Of a stretch of DNA of 38,986 nucleotides, positions 1-8,696 are shown piece after piece (position 1 is the stretch's first letter; each line of letters begins with the position of its first letter). The DNA is from an uncultured Candidatus Saccharibacteria bacterium. GTDB lineage: Bacteria; Patescibacteriota; Minisyncoccia; Phycocordibacterales; Phycocordibacteraceae. A program made the position numbers and the translations under genes. The notes beneath the pieces were generated by a model. The model ran no database searches and was not told where the DNA came from. It was given only the letters and a program-made list of their open reading frames with translations. The DNA lies in assembly GCA_964357285.1 (NCBI GenBank), contig CAYHKM010000002.1, positions 1 through 38,986 of the forward strand, given 5' to 3'.

Positions 1-369
1 GGTGGCGCGGGGGGCCAGAACGTCAACAAGCGCGAAACGGCGGTCCGTATAGTCCATGTGCCCTCCGGCCTCTCCGTCCACATCTCTTCCGAGCGGTCGC
101 AGCAGGCGAACCGTGAACGGGCGCTCCGACTCCTCAAGGCGAAGTTTTTCCAGCACGAAGAGGAGCGGAAGCGCGCGACGGAGCGGGGACTTTCCTTGGC
201 GCCCACGACCGCGATCGAATGGGGCAACCAGATCCGCTCCTACGTCCTCCACCCCTACAAGCTCGTGAAGGACCATCGCACCGAGCACGAGTCGCACACG
301 CCGGACGCGGTCCTCTCGGGCGAGCTGGATGATTTTATAGAAGCGGCCGAGAAATTGAGTGTACAATAA
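1..369 (+). CDS. prfB: Peptide chain release factor 2, C-terminal part (5' end lies outside the window)
   Basis: Frame 1 is open from nt 1 and reads GGAGGQNVNKRETAVRIVHVPSG, which contains the GGQ motif. The tail YVLHPYKLVKDHRT...LSGELDDFIEA looks like RF2 rather than RF1. Confidence 0.85.
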   Translation, partial: GGAGGQNVNKRETAVRIVHVPSGLSVHISSERSQQANRERALRLLKAKFFQHEEERKRATERGLSLAPTTAIEWGNQIRSYVLHPYKLVKDHRTEHESHTPDAVLSGELDDFIEAAEKLSVQ

Positions 370-408
370 GGTAGCTCTCGGCATGCCCTCGGCCGAGAGA
401 TTTTCCGA

Positions 409-1089
409 ATGATCTACTTCGATCGCGTGAGCAAGGTCTATAACGACGCTTCGACTGCGCTCGAGGACGTCACCCTCTCCATCGAGCCAAAGGAATTCGT
501 GTCGGTCGTGGGGCATGCCGGTGCGGGGAAGACGACGCTCCTCAAGATGATCCTTGCCGAAGAGACTCCGACCGCCGGTGCCGTGTATTTCGAGTCCCAA
601 GACGTGCACCGGATACCCCGCTCCGAACTCCATCGCCTGCGTCGGAAGATCGGCACCGTGTTTCAGGAATACCGGTTGATCCCGTCGAAGACCGCGTTCG
701 AGAACATCGCGTTCGCGATGGAGGCCTCGGGCCGGACCGACGACGAAGTTGCCGCCGACGTGCCGCACGTCCTCGAGCTCGTGGACCTCTCCGACAAGGC
801 ATGGAACTTCCCGTCCGAGCTCTCTGGCGGAGAGCGCCAGCGGGTCGCGATCGGGCGCGCGATAGTGAACCAGCCCGACGTCCTCCTCGCCGACGAGCCG
901 ACGGGGAACTTGGACCCCCTGAATACCCACCAAGTCGTCGAGATCCTGAAGCGCATCAACGAGCTCGGCACGACCGTCATCCTCACGTCCCACAACAAGG
1001 GCGTTGTCGATTCCCTCGGGAAGCGCGTCGTCACCATGGACATGGGACGCGTCGTGCGCGACGATAAGTCGGGGAGATACGTCTTATGA
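409..1089 (+). CDS. ftsE: Cell division ABC ATPase FtsE
   Basis: Walker A GHAGAGKTT, ABC signature LSGGERQRVAIGRA and Walker B VLLADEPTGNLD. Size is 226 aa and an FtsX-like permease follows. Confidence 0.9.
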   Translation: MIYFDRVSKVYNDASTALEDVTLSIEPKEFVSVVGHAGAGKTTLLKMILAEETPTAGAVYFESQDVHRIPRSELHRLRRKIGTVFQEYRLIPSKTAFENIAFAMEASGRTDDEVAADVPHVLELVDLSDKAWNFPSELSGGERQRVAIGRAIVNQPDVLLADEPTGNLDPLNTHQVVEILKRINELGTTVILTSHNKGVVDSLGKRVVTMDMGRVVRDDKSGRYVL

Positions 1090-1270
1090 AAACACAAAGC
1101 GTAGCGACGATGTTTTCATTAGATCCTGACGCGTTTCGCGGAAGGATAGGGGGAGTTGTCAGTGAGTTATGCGAATTATATTTTCCAGGACTCCGCACGA
1201 TGTGCAAAGTCGCCATCCTGCGGAGTATAAGATTTTCTAACTCGTTTTACTCGTGAATAAAATCTAATAC

Positions 1271-2191
1271 ATGCTCTGGACCAACGTACGAAGGATAGCG
1301 CGCGCGGGGATGACGAATGTCGTCAGAAACAGCTTCGTCTCCGTGTCCTCCATCTTCGTGATGACGATGACCCTTGTCATCATTGGCTCTCTGATGTTCA
1401 TGAACGCAATCGTGATGCAGTTCATCACGTATGTGAAAGACAAGGTCGACGTGAACGTGTACTTCGCGACGACCGCGACCGAGACCGCTATCCTCGACCT
1501 GAAGACTGCGCTTGAGCGCATCCCCGAAGTCGAGTTCGTGACCTACGTGACGCGCGAACAGGCGGAGCAGAATTTCCGCGAGCGGCATGCAGATGACCAG
1601 CTCACCCTCCAAGCTCTTGACGAGCTCGGAGCGAACCCGTTCGGCGCGTCCCTGTCCGTGAAGGCGAAAGAGCCCTCGCAGTACGAAGGGATCGCCCGAT
1701 TCCTCGCGGATCGGACGGAGGACACGAGCGGACTTCCGTTCATCGACACCGTGAATTATGCCCAGAACAAAGCCGTCATCGATGAGCTCGGCCGGGTGAC
1801 CGATTATGTCGGCCGTTTCGGCCTCGTCGTCATCCTTATCTTCGCGGCCGCCTCCATCGTCATCACCTTTAACACCATACGGCTCGCCATCTACACTGCG
1901 CGCGAGGAAATATCCGTCATGCGGCTCGTCGGCGCTTCAAACCCCTACATCCAGGGTCCGTTCGTCGTCGAGGGGACCTTCTACGGTGCCGTCTCGGCCA
2001 TGATCGCGCTCATCGCATTCTTCCCGCTTTCGTGGTTCTTCCGCGGCGCCTCCGAGAGCGTCTTCGGCGTCGATGTTCTCTCGTACTATCTCGCGAATCT
2101 CCCCGTCTTTTTCCTTGTCCTCGTGGGGGCAGGCGCTGTGATGGGGGCGCTATCCTCCTTCCTTGCGGTCCGGAAGTATCTTTCGGTATAA
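1271..2191 (+). CDS. ftsX: Cell division permease-like protein FtsX
   Basis: 306 aa with an N-terminal TM, a large extracytoplasmic loop and three C-terminal TM helices. It lies downstream of ftsE. Confidence 0.8.
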   Translation: MLWTNVRRIARAGMTNVVRNSFVSVSSIFVMTMTLVIIGSLMFMNAIVMQFITYVKDKVDVNVYFATTATETAILDLKTALERIPEVEFVTYVTREQAEQNFRERHADDQLTLQALDELGANPFGASLSVKAKEPSQYEGIARFLADRTEDTSGLPFIDTVNYAQNKAVIDELGRVTDYVGRFGLVVILIFAAASIVITFNTIRLAIYTAREEISVMRLVGASNPYIQGPFVVEGTFYGAVSAMIALIAFFPLSWFFRGASESVFGVDVLSYYLANLPVFFLVLVGAGAVMGALSSFLAVRKYLSV

Positions 2192-2200
2192 TAGCCCCTT

Positions 2201-3904
2201 ATGGCACGCGCAACGAAAGAAAAGAAAAAGCGCGGCTTCCTCCTCCCCCGCAGGCGCCACAAGTACATCTTCGTGATCGGCGGCGTGATGAGCGGCGTCG
2301 GGAAAGGCATCACCACGTCCTCGATCGGAACCCTCCTCGAGGCCCGCGGCATCCACGTGAACATCGTCAAAGTGGATCCGTACTTGAACGTCGACGCCGG
2401 CACCATGAACCCCACCGAGCACGGTGAGGTTTTCGTTTTAAAGAGCGGCCTCGAGTGTGACCAGGACCTCGGGAACTACGAACGCTTCCTGAATCGCGAT
2501 CTCAATCCGGAGGACTCCATCACGAGCGGCATGGTGTACCAGTACGTGCTCCGGAAAGAGCGCTCGCTCGGGTACGGCGGGAAATGCGTCGAGGCGATAC
2601 CACACGTGCAGGACGAAATCATCCGCCGCTTTACCGCAGCCGCGGCGGCAAACCACTCCGACGTCTCGGTGATAGAGATCGGCGGCACGGTAGGGGACTT
2701 TCAGAACGCGCTTTTTATAGAGGCGGCACGCGTCATGCACATGCACGCGCCCGACGATGTCCTCTTTATCATGGTCTCGTACCTTCCGGTCCCGGACAAG
2801 CTCGGCGAGATGAAGACGAAGCCGACCCAAAATGCGGTCCGCGCCCTGAACGCCTACGGCGTCCAGCCGAATGTCATCATCGCCCGAAGCGATAAGCCCT
2901 TGGATGAGAAGCGGAAGGAGAAGATCGCACTCTTCTGCAACGTCGCGCCTGAGGCCGTCATCTCCGCTCCCGATGTCGAGTCCATCTATGACGTGCCGCT
3001 CAATTTCGCAAAGGACGGCTTGGACGCGCTTCTCCTCAAGCTTCTCACGTTCACAGGGAAGCCCCTCTCGCGCCCGGGCCTCACCGCGTGGAAGGAATTC
3101 GTCCGGAAAAGCAAGGAAACCCGCCGAACCGTCGACATCGCCATAGTCGGCAAGTACTTCGACACCGGCGATTTCATCCTCTCCGACGCCTATCTCTCCG
3201 TCATCGAAGCCATCAAGTTCTCGTCGTATGCCCAAGGACTGAAGCCGAAGATACACTGGCTTAATGCTAAGGATTTCGAGAAGGACCGCGTTCCTCTCGC
3301 ATCCTTGGATCAGTATGACGGTATCATCGTGCCCGGCGGCTTCGGCGAGACCGGTATCGAGGGGAAGATCAAGGTCATCGGATACGCCCGGGAACATACA
3401 ATCCCCTATTTCGGACTCTGCTACGGCATGCAGCTCATGCTGGTCGAGTTCGCGCGCAACGTCCTCTCGCTGCCGCACGCGCACACGACCGAGATAAGCC
3501 CGGGAACGCCGAACCCGGTCATAGACGTCATGCCGGATCAGGTAAAGAAGATCGCGAACGCGCGGATGGGTGGCACCATGCGCCTCGGCCACTACGCCGC
3601 GAATCTTAAGAAAGGAACCATCGCGCAGAAAGCATATGGCGCGAATTCCGTCGACGAGCGTCATCGCCATCGCTACGAGGTGAATCCGAAGTACACGAAG
3701 CGCTTTGAGGAAGCGGGAGTGGTTTTTTCCGGCGTTTCGCCCGACGGCATCCTTATGGAAATCGCAGAGCTTCCGGAATCCGCGCACCCCTTCATGCTCG
3801 GAACCCAATTCCATCCGGAGCTCCAGGCGCGTCCCTTGCGGCCTCATCCTTTGTTTACCGCATTCATTCGAGCGGCCGCGAACCGCGACGCCGCGAAACG
3901 CTGA
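2201..3904 (+). CDS. pyrG: CTP synthase
   Basis: KYIFVIGGVMSGVGKGI N-terminus, glutaminase GLCYGMQL, and HRHRYEVN. 567 aa. Confidence 0.95.
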   Translation: MARATKEKKKRGFLLPRRRHKYIFVIGGVMSGVGKGITTSSIGTLLEARGIHVNIVKVDPYLNVDAGTMNPTEHGEVFVLKSGLECDQDLGNYERFLNRDLNPEDSITSGMVYQYVLRKERSLGYGGKCVEAIPHVQDEIIRRFTAAAAANHSDVSVIEIGGTVGDFQNALFIEAARVMHMHAPDDVLFIMVSYLPVPDKLGEMKTKPTQNAVRALNAYGVQPNVIIARSDKPLDEKRKEKIALFCNVAPEAVISAPDVESIYDVPLNFAKDGLDALLLKLLTFTGKPLSRPGLTAWKEFVRKSKETRRTVDIAIVGKYFDTGDFILSDAYLSVIEAIKFSSYAQGLKPKIHWLNAKDFEKDRVPLASLDQYDGIIVPGGFGETGIEGKIKVIGYAREHTIPYFGLCYGMQLMLVEFARNVLSLPHAHTTEISPGTPNPVIDVMPDQVKKIANARMGGTMRLGHYAANLKKGTIAQKAYGANSVDERHRHRYEVNPKYTKRFEEAGVVFSGVSPDGILMEIAELPESAHPFMLGTQFHPELQARPLRPHPLFTAFIRAAANRDAAKR

Positions 3905-3907
3905 CCC

Positions 3908-4639
3908 ATGCCGCTCTCGGTCGTGACCCTCAACATCGAGGGAGATAAGCATTTAGAGCGCGCCATATCGTTCCTCAAGGAGCGGAAGCCTGACATCGTC
4001 TGCATCCAGGAGATTCACGACGCGGATCTCCATATTTTTGAAGAGGTCTTAGGCGCGAACGGCGTTTTTGCGGCCGGGATACTCCGCCACCACCCGACGC
4101 GGGAAGGGGTCGCCGAAGGGGAAGCAATCTTTTCGCGACTCCCCATCCTTGCCTCCGCGGTCCGCCAGTATGCCGGGGAGCCCGACTCGCCCGTCTTTTT
4201 CGATAACAGGACGACGGCGACGAAACACGCAACCCAGCGCTACATGTTCACGACCGTCGAGGTCGAGCACGAAGGAGAGCGGTATCGCTTCGGGACCACT
4301 CACTTCATCTGGACGCCGGACGGCGAAGCGGACGAGCTCCAGCGGCGCGGCATGGCGGGCCTTTTGAAAGCGGTGGGTGGAGCGGGAGAGATGGTTCTCA
4401 TGGGAGACTTCAACGCGCCCCGCGGGAAGGAGATGTTCGCGCTCCTCGCCGCGCACTTCAAGGACAACGTGCCCCCGGCGTATATGACCTCGATCGACGG
4501 CTCGCTCCACCGCAAAGGCCCCATCCCCTTGATGGTAGACGGCATATTCTCGACTCCGGAATACCGGGTCTTGGATGTTTCCATGCTCTGCGGCGTGTCG
4601 GATCATTGCGCGCTCGTTGCGAAGGTCACGAAGCCGTAA
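3908..4639 (+). CDS. Endonuclease/exonuclease/phosphatase (EEP) family protein
   Basis: VVTLNIEG...VCIQEI N-terminal motif and C-terminal SDHCALV motif, both typical of the EEP fold. Confidence 0.75.
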   Translation: MPLSVVTLNIEGDKHLERAISFLKERKPDIVCIQEIHDADLHIFEEVLGANGVFAAGILRHHPTREGVAEGEAIFSRLPILASAVRQYAGEPDSPVFFDNRTTATKHATQRYMFTTVEVEHEGERYRFGTTHFIWTPDGEADELQRRGMAGLLKAVGGAGEMVLMGDFNAPRGKEMFALLAAHFKDNVPPAYMTSIDGSLHRKGPIPLMVDGIFSTPEYRVLDVSMLCGVSDHCALVAKVTKP

Positions 4640-4712
4640 GATACTGTCACCATGAAAACGGAAGCGGCGGTCTTTGGTGGAGGATCCCCAGTAGCAACCC
4701 AAGGCGTGCTAC

Positions 4713-4765
4713 GGGGCGGGGCTTTTTCCAGAAACAGCCCGCCCGGGATGTCTTTTTCTGCTGTT
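4713..4765 (+). terminator. Intrinsic terminator-like hairpin after the EEP gene
   Basis: GGGGCGGGGCT / AGCCCGCCC stem followed by the T-rich tract TCTTTTTCTGCTGTTTCTT. Confidence 0.5.
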
Positions 4766-4769
4766 TCTT

Positions 4770-5351
4770 ATGGAGAATAATCCATCCGAGAGCCAAGTTG
4801 CAATTTTTGGTGGGGGCTGTTTCTGGTGCACGGAGGCGACGTTCACGCGGCTCAAAGGCGTCTCGAAGGTAGAACCCGGCTACGCGGGCGGCACGACTCC
4901 TAACCCGACCTACGAATCGGTCTGCAGCGGCGAAACCGGACACGTCGAAGTCATCCGCATCGAGTACGACCCGTCGCAGATATCCTATGACACCCTGCTC
5001 ACGGTCTTTTTCGGCTCGCATGACGCGACACAGGTTAATCGGCAGGGGAACGACGTCGGTACCCAGTACCGCTCCGTCGTTTTTTACACGACCGACGAAC
5101 AGAAAAAAGTCGCCGAGGCGTTCATTGCTGAGCTTAATGCGTCTGCGAAGGAAGGCGCTCCGATTGCGACCGACGTTGAGCCGCTCGGGGTTCTGCCAGC
5201 AGGCGGATTCCATCTTGCGGAGGAGTACCACAAAGACTATTTCGCCCGGAACCCCTCGCAGAGTTACTGTGCGCTCGTCATCGCGCCAAAGCTTGAGAAA
5301 GTACAGCACAAGTTCGCGGAACTTCTTAAATCGGAATTTAAGGGCGCATAA
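4770..5351 (+). CDS. msrA: Peptide methionine (S)-S-oxide reductase
   Basis: GGGCFWCTEA active-site motif and GHVEVIRIEYDP. 193 aa. Confidence 0.92.
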   Translation: MENNPSESQVAIFGGGCFWCTEATFTRLKGVSKVEPGYAGGTTPNPTYESVCSGETGHVEVIRIEYDPSQISYDTLLTVFFGSHDATQVNRQGNDVGTQYRSVVFYTTDEQKKVAEAFIAELNASAKEGAPIATDVEPLGVLPAGGFHLAEEYHKDYFARNPSQSYCALVIAPKLEKVQHKFAELLKSEFKGA

Positions 5352-5552
5352 TCCTGTCGCCATATGGTCTTCAAGAAAGGAGAGAAAAAAGCACACATAC
5401 ACCTCGCTGAATCTAAGGGGTGCAAATTCGCCTGGCATTGCGTCTTGTGGATGGGTCGGTATACGGATCAAGAGGGTGTCAGCGTTGTACCGAATGCAAG
5501 CAGGCGTGTTGATATCGTTTCGGCTTGAAACGCTCGTTTCCCTGCGCTATAC

Positions 5553-6611
5553 TTGGGCATGGGAAAAATATCGACAAAAGTTTCCTTCACTTTTGACGAC
5601 GTCCTCATCCGCCCGGCCGCGAGCTCGCTCGAGCCGCGGGAAGCCGAACTCGGAACCGCGATAGCACGCGGCTTTTTTCTTACACTCCCTATCCTCTCCG
5701 CGGCGATGGACAAGGTGACCGAGGACGGCATGGCGGTAGTCTTGGGCAAACTCGGAGGGCTCGGCATCATTCACCGCAACAACACCGCCGAGGAAGAAGC
5801 CGCGTTGGTCGCGAAGGCGAAGAAAGAAAAGGTGAAAGTCGGCGCGGCGTGCTCACCCTTTGACCTCGACCGGGCATTGAAGCTCGTCAAGGCCGGCGCG
5901 GACGTCATTGCTATAGATTCCGCACACGGCCATAACCTCAATGTGATCAGTGGCGCGAAAAAAATAAAGAAGGCGATAGGGAAAACGCCGCTTTTGGTGG
6001 GGAACATCGCGACCGCGGAAGCCGCGCGCGAGCTCGTGAAATTCGCCGATGGCATCAAGGTCGGTATCGGACCCGGCTCGATTTGCACGACCCGCATCGT
6101 CTCCGGCGTCGGCGTGCCGCAGCTCTCCGCCATCCTCGACGTGGTCGCGGTTGCTCAGAAAGCGGGGGTCCCGGTCATTGCGGATGGCGGCATGCGCAAC
6201 TCCGGCGACATCGCGAAAGCGCTTGCCGCAGGCGCCTCTGCCGTCATGCTCGGGAACCTCCTCGCAGGGACCGACGCCGCCCCCGGGAAACTTGTCGAAA
6301 AGGACGGGAAGAAATTCAAGGAATACCGCGGCATGGGCTCTCGAGCCGTCCTCGAGAAGGGACGAGCGAACGATCGCTACCTCGGAAAATCGAAACTCAT
6401 TGTGCCGGAAGGCGTCTCCGCCTTGGTTCCGTACCGCGGCTCGACTGAGGAGTATGTCATGACGCTTGCCGGAGGCATACAGGTTTCCATGGGTTACGTC
6501 GGCGCGAAAAACCTGAAGGAGTTCGCTCAAAAAGCGGAATTCATGCTCGTGACCGGCCGCTCCGTGAAAGAGAACAACCCGCACTCGCTCGCGCAGATTC
6601 TAGAGGATTAG
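5553..6611 (+). CDS. guaB: IMP dehydrogenase-family enzyme lacking the CBS (Bateman) subdomain
   Basis: Catalytic loop [28 protein letters not shown], and the flap YRGMGS...NDRYLG. Only 352 aa, with a short linker where the CBS pair normally sits. Confidence 0.8.
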   Translation: MGMGKISTKVSFTFDDVLIRPAASSLEPREAELGTAIARGFFLTLPILSAAMDKVTEDGMAVVLGKLGGLGIIHRNNTAEEEAALVAKAKKEKVKVGAACSPFDLDRALKLVKAGADVIAIDSAHGHNLNVISGAKKIKKAIGKTPLLVGNIATAEAARELVKFADGIKVGIGPGSICTTRIVSGVGVPQLSAILDVVAVAQKAGVPVIADGGMRNSGDIAKALAAGASAVMLGNLLAGTDAAPGKLVEKDGKKFKEYRGMGSRAVLEKGRANDRYLGKSKLIVPEGVSALVPYRGSTEEYVMTLAGGIQVSMGYVGAKNLKEFAQKAEFMLVTGRSVKENNPHSLAQILED

Positions 6612-6970
6612 CTCCTGTTTTTTGAGAGCGAAAGAGCGTCCGGCCCCCAGAGCGCGAGCGAAAGGAATCCCGCCGCAAGCCCTAAGTCACGGACGCCTAT
6701 CGCTGTAACCCCGATGTCCGCAACAATCACGAGGAGGTGCGCAAAAAGGAGAAGCGAAATCGGACGGATGAAAACGCCAAATGCGAGAAGCGCTCCCGCG
6801 GCGACTTCGAACGAGCCATTCAGGTATACAACGGTGAAGGGGGTAAAGCCAAGCGCCGCTGTCCAGTGAGGAACGTAGCCTGTCCACGCTTCCGGCTCTA
6901 TGAACTCGTTTAACCCGAATCAGAGCGTTACTGTCGCAAGGCCGAACCGAAGGATTACCGGCGGGCACAC
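6608..6970 (-). pseudogene. DoxX-like membrane protein gene interrupted by an in-frame TGA (6920-6922)
   Basis: My minus-strand translation reads (GTG)CPPVILRFGLATVTL*FGLNEFIEPEAWTGYVPHW...GSFEVAAGALLAFGVFIRPISLLLFAHLLVIVADIGV. It is a paralog-like match to the DoxX gene at 7559-7936. The stop falls where the family usually has W in an FLWFG-type motif. Confidence 0.5.
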
Positions 6971-7053
6971 ACTATCCGGAAAAACACCACGGTCGTCGTC
7001 CGCGAAATGCCCCGAGCCTTGGCTCGGGGATAGACGGACGACGTGTTTTACTG
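6962..7053 (-). repeat. Conserved hairpin element, copy A (possible cis-regulatory RNA, terminator or REP-like repeat)
   Basis: About 85% identical by eye to 16881-16984. It has nested stems ACGTCGTCCG/CGGACGACG and CCCCGAGCC/GGCTCGGGG. The internal loops TCTAT and CATTTCG are conserved, as is the 3' tail GTGTTTTTCCGGATAG. Confidence 0.6.
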
Positions 7054-7091
7054 GAGCGTACTGTTGAAACTCTTTCGGATCCATACGTGAA

Positions 7092-7538
7092 CTACGGCGC
7101 GAGGACCCCTATCTTAAAGGTTGCGAGAATGTTCTCCTGTTTAGGAGCCGTCCCGTGCTGGTTCCGGAACGGTTTCGTGGCGTCCTTGCCGCAGATGCCG
7201 AGTATCGCGCCAGGCCCTCCGGGATGCTTCGGGATCCATTTCGTAAGGTCATACACATTGCCATCTATCACGGTCCAGCAGCTCGATGCGGAATCATGTT
7301 TCGCGACCTCGGTCATAGGGTAGGTTCCCGCCTGCGCCGTATCCGCGCTCTGAGCTTCCTGGGACGAATCCGCCTCGGCCGTTTCTGAAGCGTTAACATC
7401 GGCGCCCTCCGCGGACGCATCTTCCTCGCTGGCGGAAGGGGCGGGCGCTTTTGAGCTCCCGAAGTAGAAGATTCCGCCCACGGCGAGGACGATAATGAGG
7501 ATCGCGGCGGCAGGGAAGATGTTTTGCTTAGGTTCCAC
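7092..7538 (-). CDS. Membrane-anchored cytochrome b5-like heme-binding domain protein
   Basis: N-terminal TM helix. C-terminal domain reads EVAKHDSASSCWTVIDGNVYDLTKWIPKHPGGPGAILGICGKDATKPFRNQHG (HPGG motif). Confidence 0.8.
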   Translation of the reverse strand: MEPKQNIFPAAAILIIVLAVGGIFYFGSSKAPAPSASEEDASAEGADVNASETAEADSSQEAQSADTAQAGTYPMTEVAKHDSASSCWTVIDGNVYDLTKWIPKHPGGPGAILGICGKDATKPFRNQHGTAPKQENILATFKIGVLAP

Positions 7539-7558
7539 GGAATATGCGCGTGATTGTA

Positions 7559-7936
7559 CTAATGGGGTTCTGAGGCCGTGTTTACGGCGGACGACCTCGG
7601 CGCGTGCGTCACGGCAAGCGCGATCGCTATCGCCGCGATGGATAGGTCGCGGAAGACGACCTCGAAATTCGAAAGATTCAGAAGGACGATCGCGACGAGT
7701 ATGACCGCGGCCGCAAGAGACGGGAAGAATATCCGCTTCCCCGAGAGCAGCCAGAGTGCTATCACTGCCTCGAGGAATCCGAATGCGTGGAGGACGACCA
7801 GGTCAGGCGCGAACCCCCGCATGAAACTCGGGAGATACCCGATCCAGCTATAGGGATTCCAGAGCGCATTCAAGGGCGTATAGAGGAACGCGAACGCGAG
7901 GCCTACCCGAAGGATGAGGTCGGCAAAGGCCGGCAT
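7559..7936 (-). CDS. DoxX-family small membrane protein
   Basis: 125 aa with four predicted TM segments and a LILRVGLAFAFLY N-terminal motif. Confidence 0.65.
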   Translation of the reverse strand: MPAFADLILRVGLAFAFLYTPLNALWNPYSWIGYLPSFMRGFAPDLVVLHAFGFLEAVIALWLLSGKRIFFPSLAAAVILVAIVLLNLSNFEVVFRDLSIAAIAIALAVTHAPRSSAVNTASEPH

Positions 7937-7940
7937 GCTC

Positions 7941-8435
7941 TTACTGAACGACCACTTTCCCGAAGTGAGACGCGTTTACGTGATCGTGGTAGCCCCAGGT
8001 GCCCGTCTTGTCGAATGTGAAGCTGTAATCCGCGGTGCTCGCCGTGCATTCGTCAAAAGGCTTCGCGCCGCTATAGCTCGAGGCGCAGTGGCCGGAACGC
8101 GTTGTGCCGTCATACACGACATGGTCCGGATGCATCGCTGAGGCGACCCATATCGGTTTTCCCGATTGATTCACCCAGGTCACCGTACCGCCTTTCGCGA
8201 TGGTCACGGTCGCGGGCAAGAAGCCGGAGTCCGTTAGCGTCACGGTCGCGCTCATCAGCGCCGTTTCCGAGGCCGTTCCCGCGTCCGACATATAATCCGT
8301 GTCTTCTGCGTTTCCTGCTGTCTGTGTTTGCCCTGAAGGCGCGACGGGCATCTGCGCCTTTTGAGTGAAGAAATACCAGCCGCCCGCGGCGACGAGGAGG
8401 ACGATCACGACCAATGCAATAGTCGATGTTTTCAT
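7941..8435 (-). CDS. Membrane-anchored cupredoxin-like protein
   Basis: N-terminal TM followed by a beta-rich domain TVTIAKGGTVTWVNQSG...GTWGYHDHVNASHFGKVVV, which resembles plastocyanin/EfeO-type cupredoxin folds. Confidence 0.5.
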   Translation of the reverse strand: MKTSTIALVVIVLLVAAGGWYFFTQKAQMPVAPSGQTQTAGNAEDTDYMSDAGTASETALMSATVTLTDSGFLPATVTIAKGGTVTWVNQSGKPIWVASAMHPDHVVYDGTTRSGHCASSYSGAKPFDECTASTADYSFTFDKTGTWGYHDHVNASHFGKVVVQ

Positions 8436-8473
8436 GGCGTTTTGATAGCGATAAGCTTTATATAGTATTCGAA

Positions 8474-8674
8474 TTATAACACCAGCCCGGCGCTTATCGC
8501 CATGAACGGCTGACCCCGGAGCTCGAACGAAACGATATCCGAATCACCCGACGGGGTGTCATGGATGGTCTGCACGCTCGTAACCTTGGAACCCTCGCCG
8601 AAGACCGATACGTAATATTTGGCTGCTTCTTTCGCTTCCTTATCGAACCACAAATGTGAGGTGATTTTGTGCAT
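8474..8674 (-). pseudogene. Truncated N-terminal fragment of a VOC/PhnB-like (3-demethylubiquinone methyltransferase-domain) protein
   Basis: MHKITSHLWFDKEAKEAAKYYVSVFGEGSKV...SFELRGQPFMAISAG matches the N-terminal half of about 130-160 aa PhnB-like proteins. The reading frame stops at roughly 66 aa. Confidence 0.55.
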
Positions 8675-8696
8675 ATGCGGCCAGTGTATCAAAGGG

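Noticed and set aside
2438-3952. Very long antisense ORFs opposite recognised genes. Examples are the 504-aa ORF opposite pyrG, the 482-aa ORF at 34826-36274, the 366-aa ORF at 27528-28628, the 314-aa ORF at 32626-33570 and the 274-aa ORF at 4647-5471.
   Set aside because: They are typical high-GC artefacts. Their translations are Arg/Gly/Glu/Asp-rich and low in complexity, they have no recognisable motifs, and they fully overlap genes with clear family signatures on the other strand.
5352-5552. A possible purine, PRPP or ykkC-type riboswitch in the 200-nt leader of the IMPDH gene (contains CTAAGGGGTGC and GGTCGGTATACGG). Also a 54-aa ORF with a CKFAWHCVLWMGRY segment resembling HNH/NUMOD-type N-termini.
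   Set aside because: I could not align the conserved cores of the guanine/adenine, ZTP or ykkC families. The ORF similarity is too short and degenerate to support a call.
6920-6922. The idea that TGA is reassigned (Trp or Gly, genetic code 4 or 25), because the in-frame TGA sits at a conserved Trp position of the DoxX-like gene.
   Set aside because: TGA clearly terminates well-defined genes in this window at their expected lengths: ftsE at 1087-1089, pyrG at 3902-3904, ccdA at 11297-11299 and the kinase at 37794-37796. A point nonsense mutation or a sequencing error is the simpler explanation.
6687-6968. The 93-aa minus-strand ORF listed in the track.
   Set aside because: It is out of frame relative to the DoxX-like reading frame that shows real family similarity, and its translation is Arg/Ser/Pro-rich with no features.
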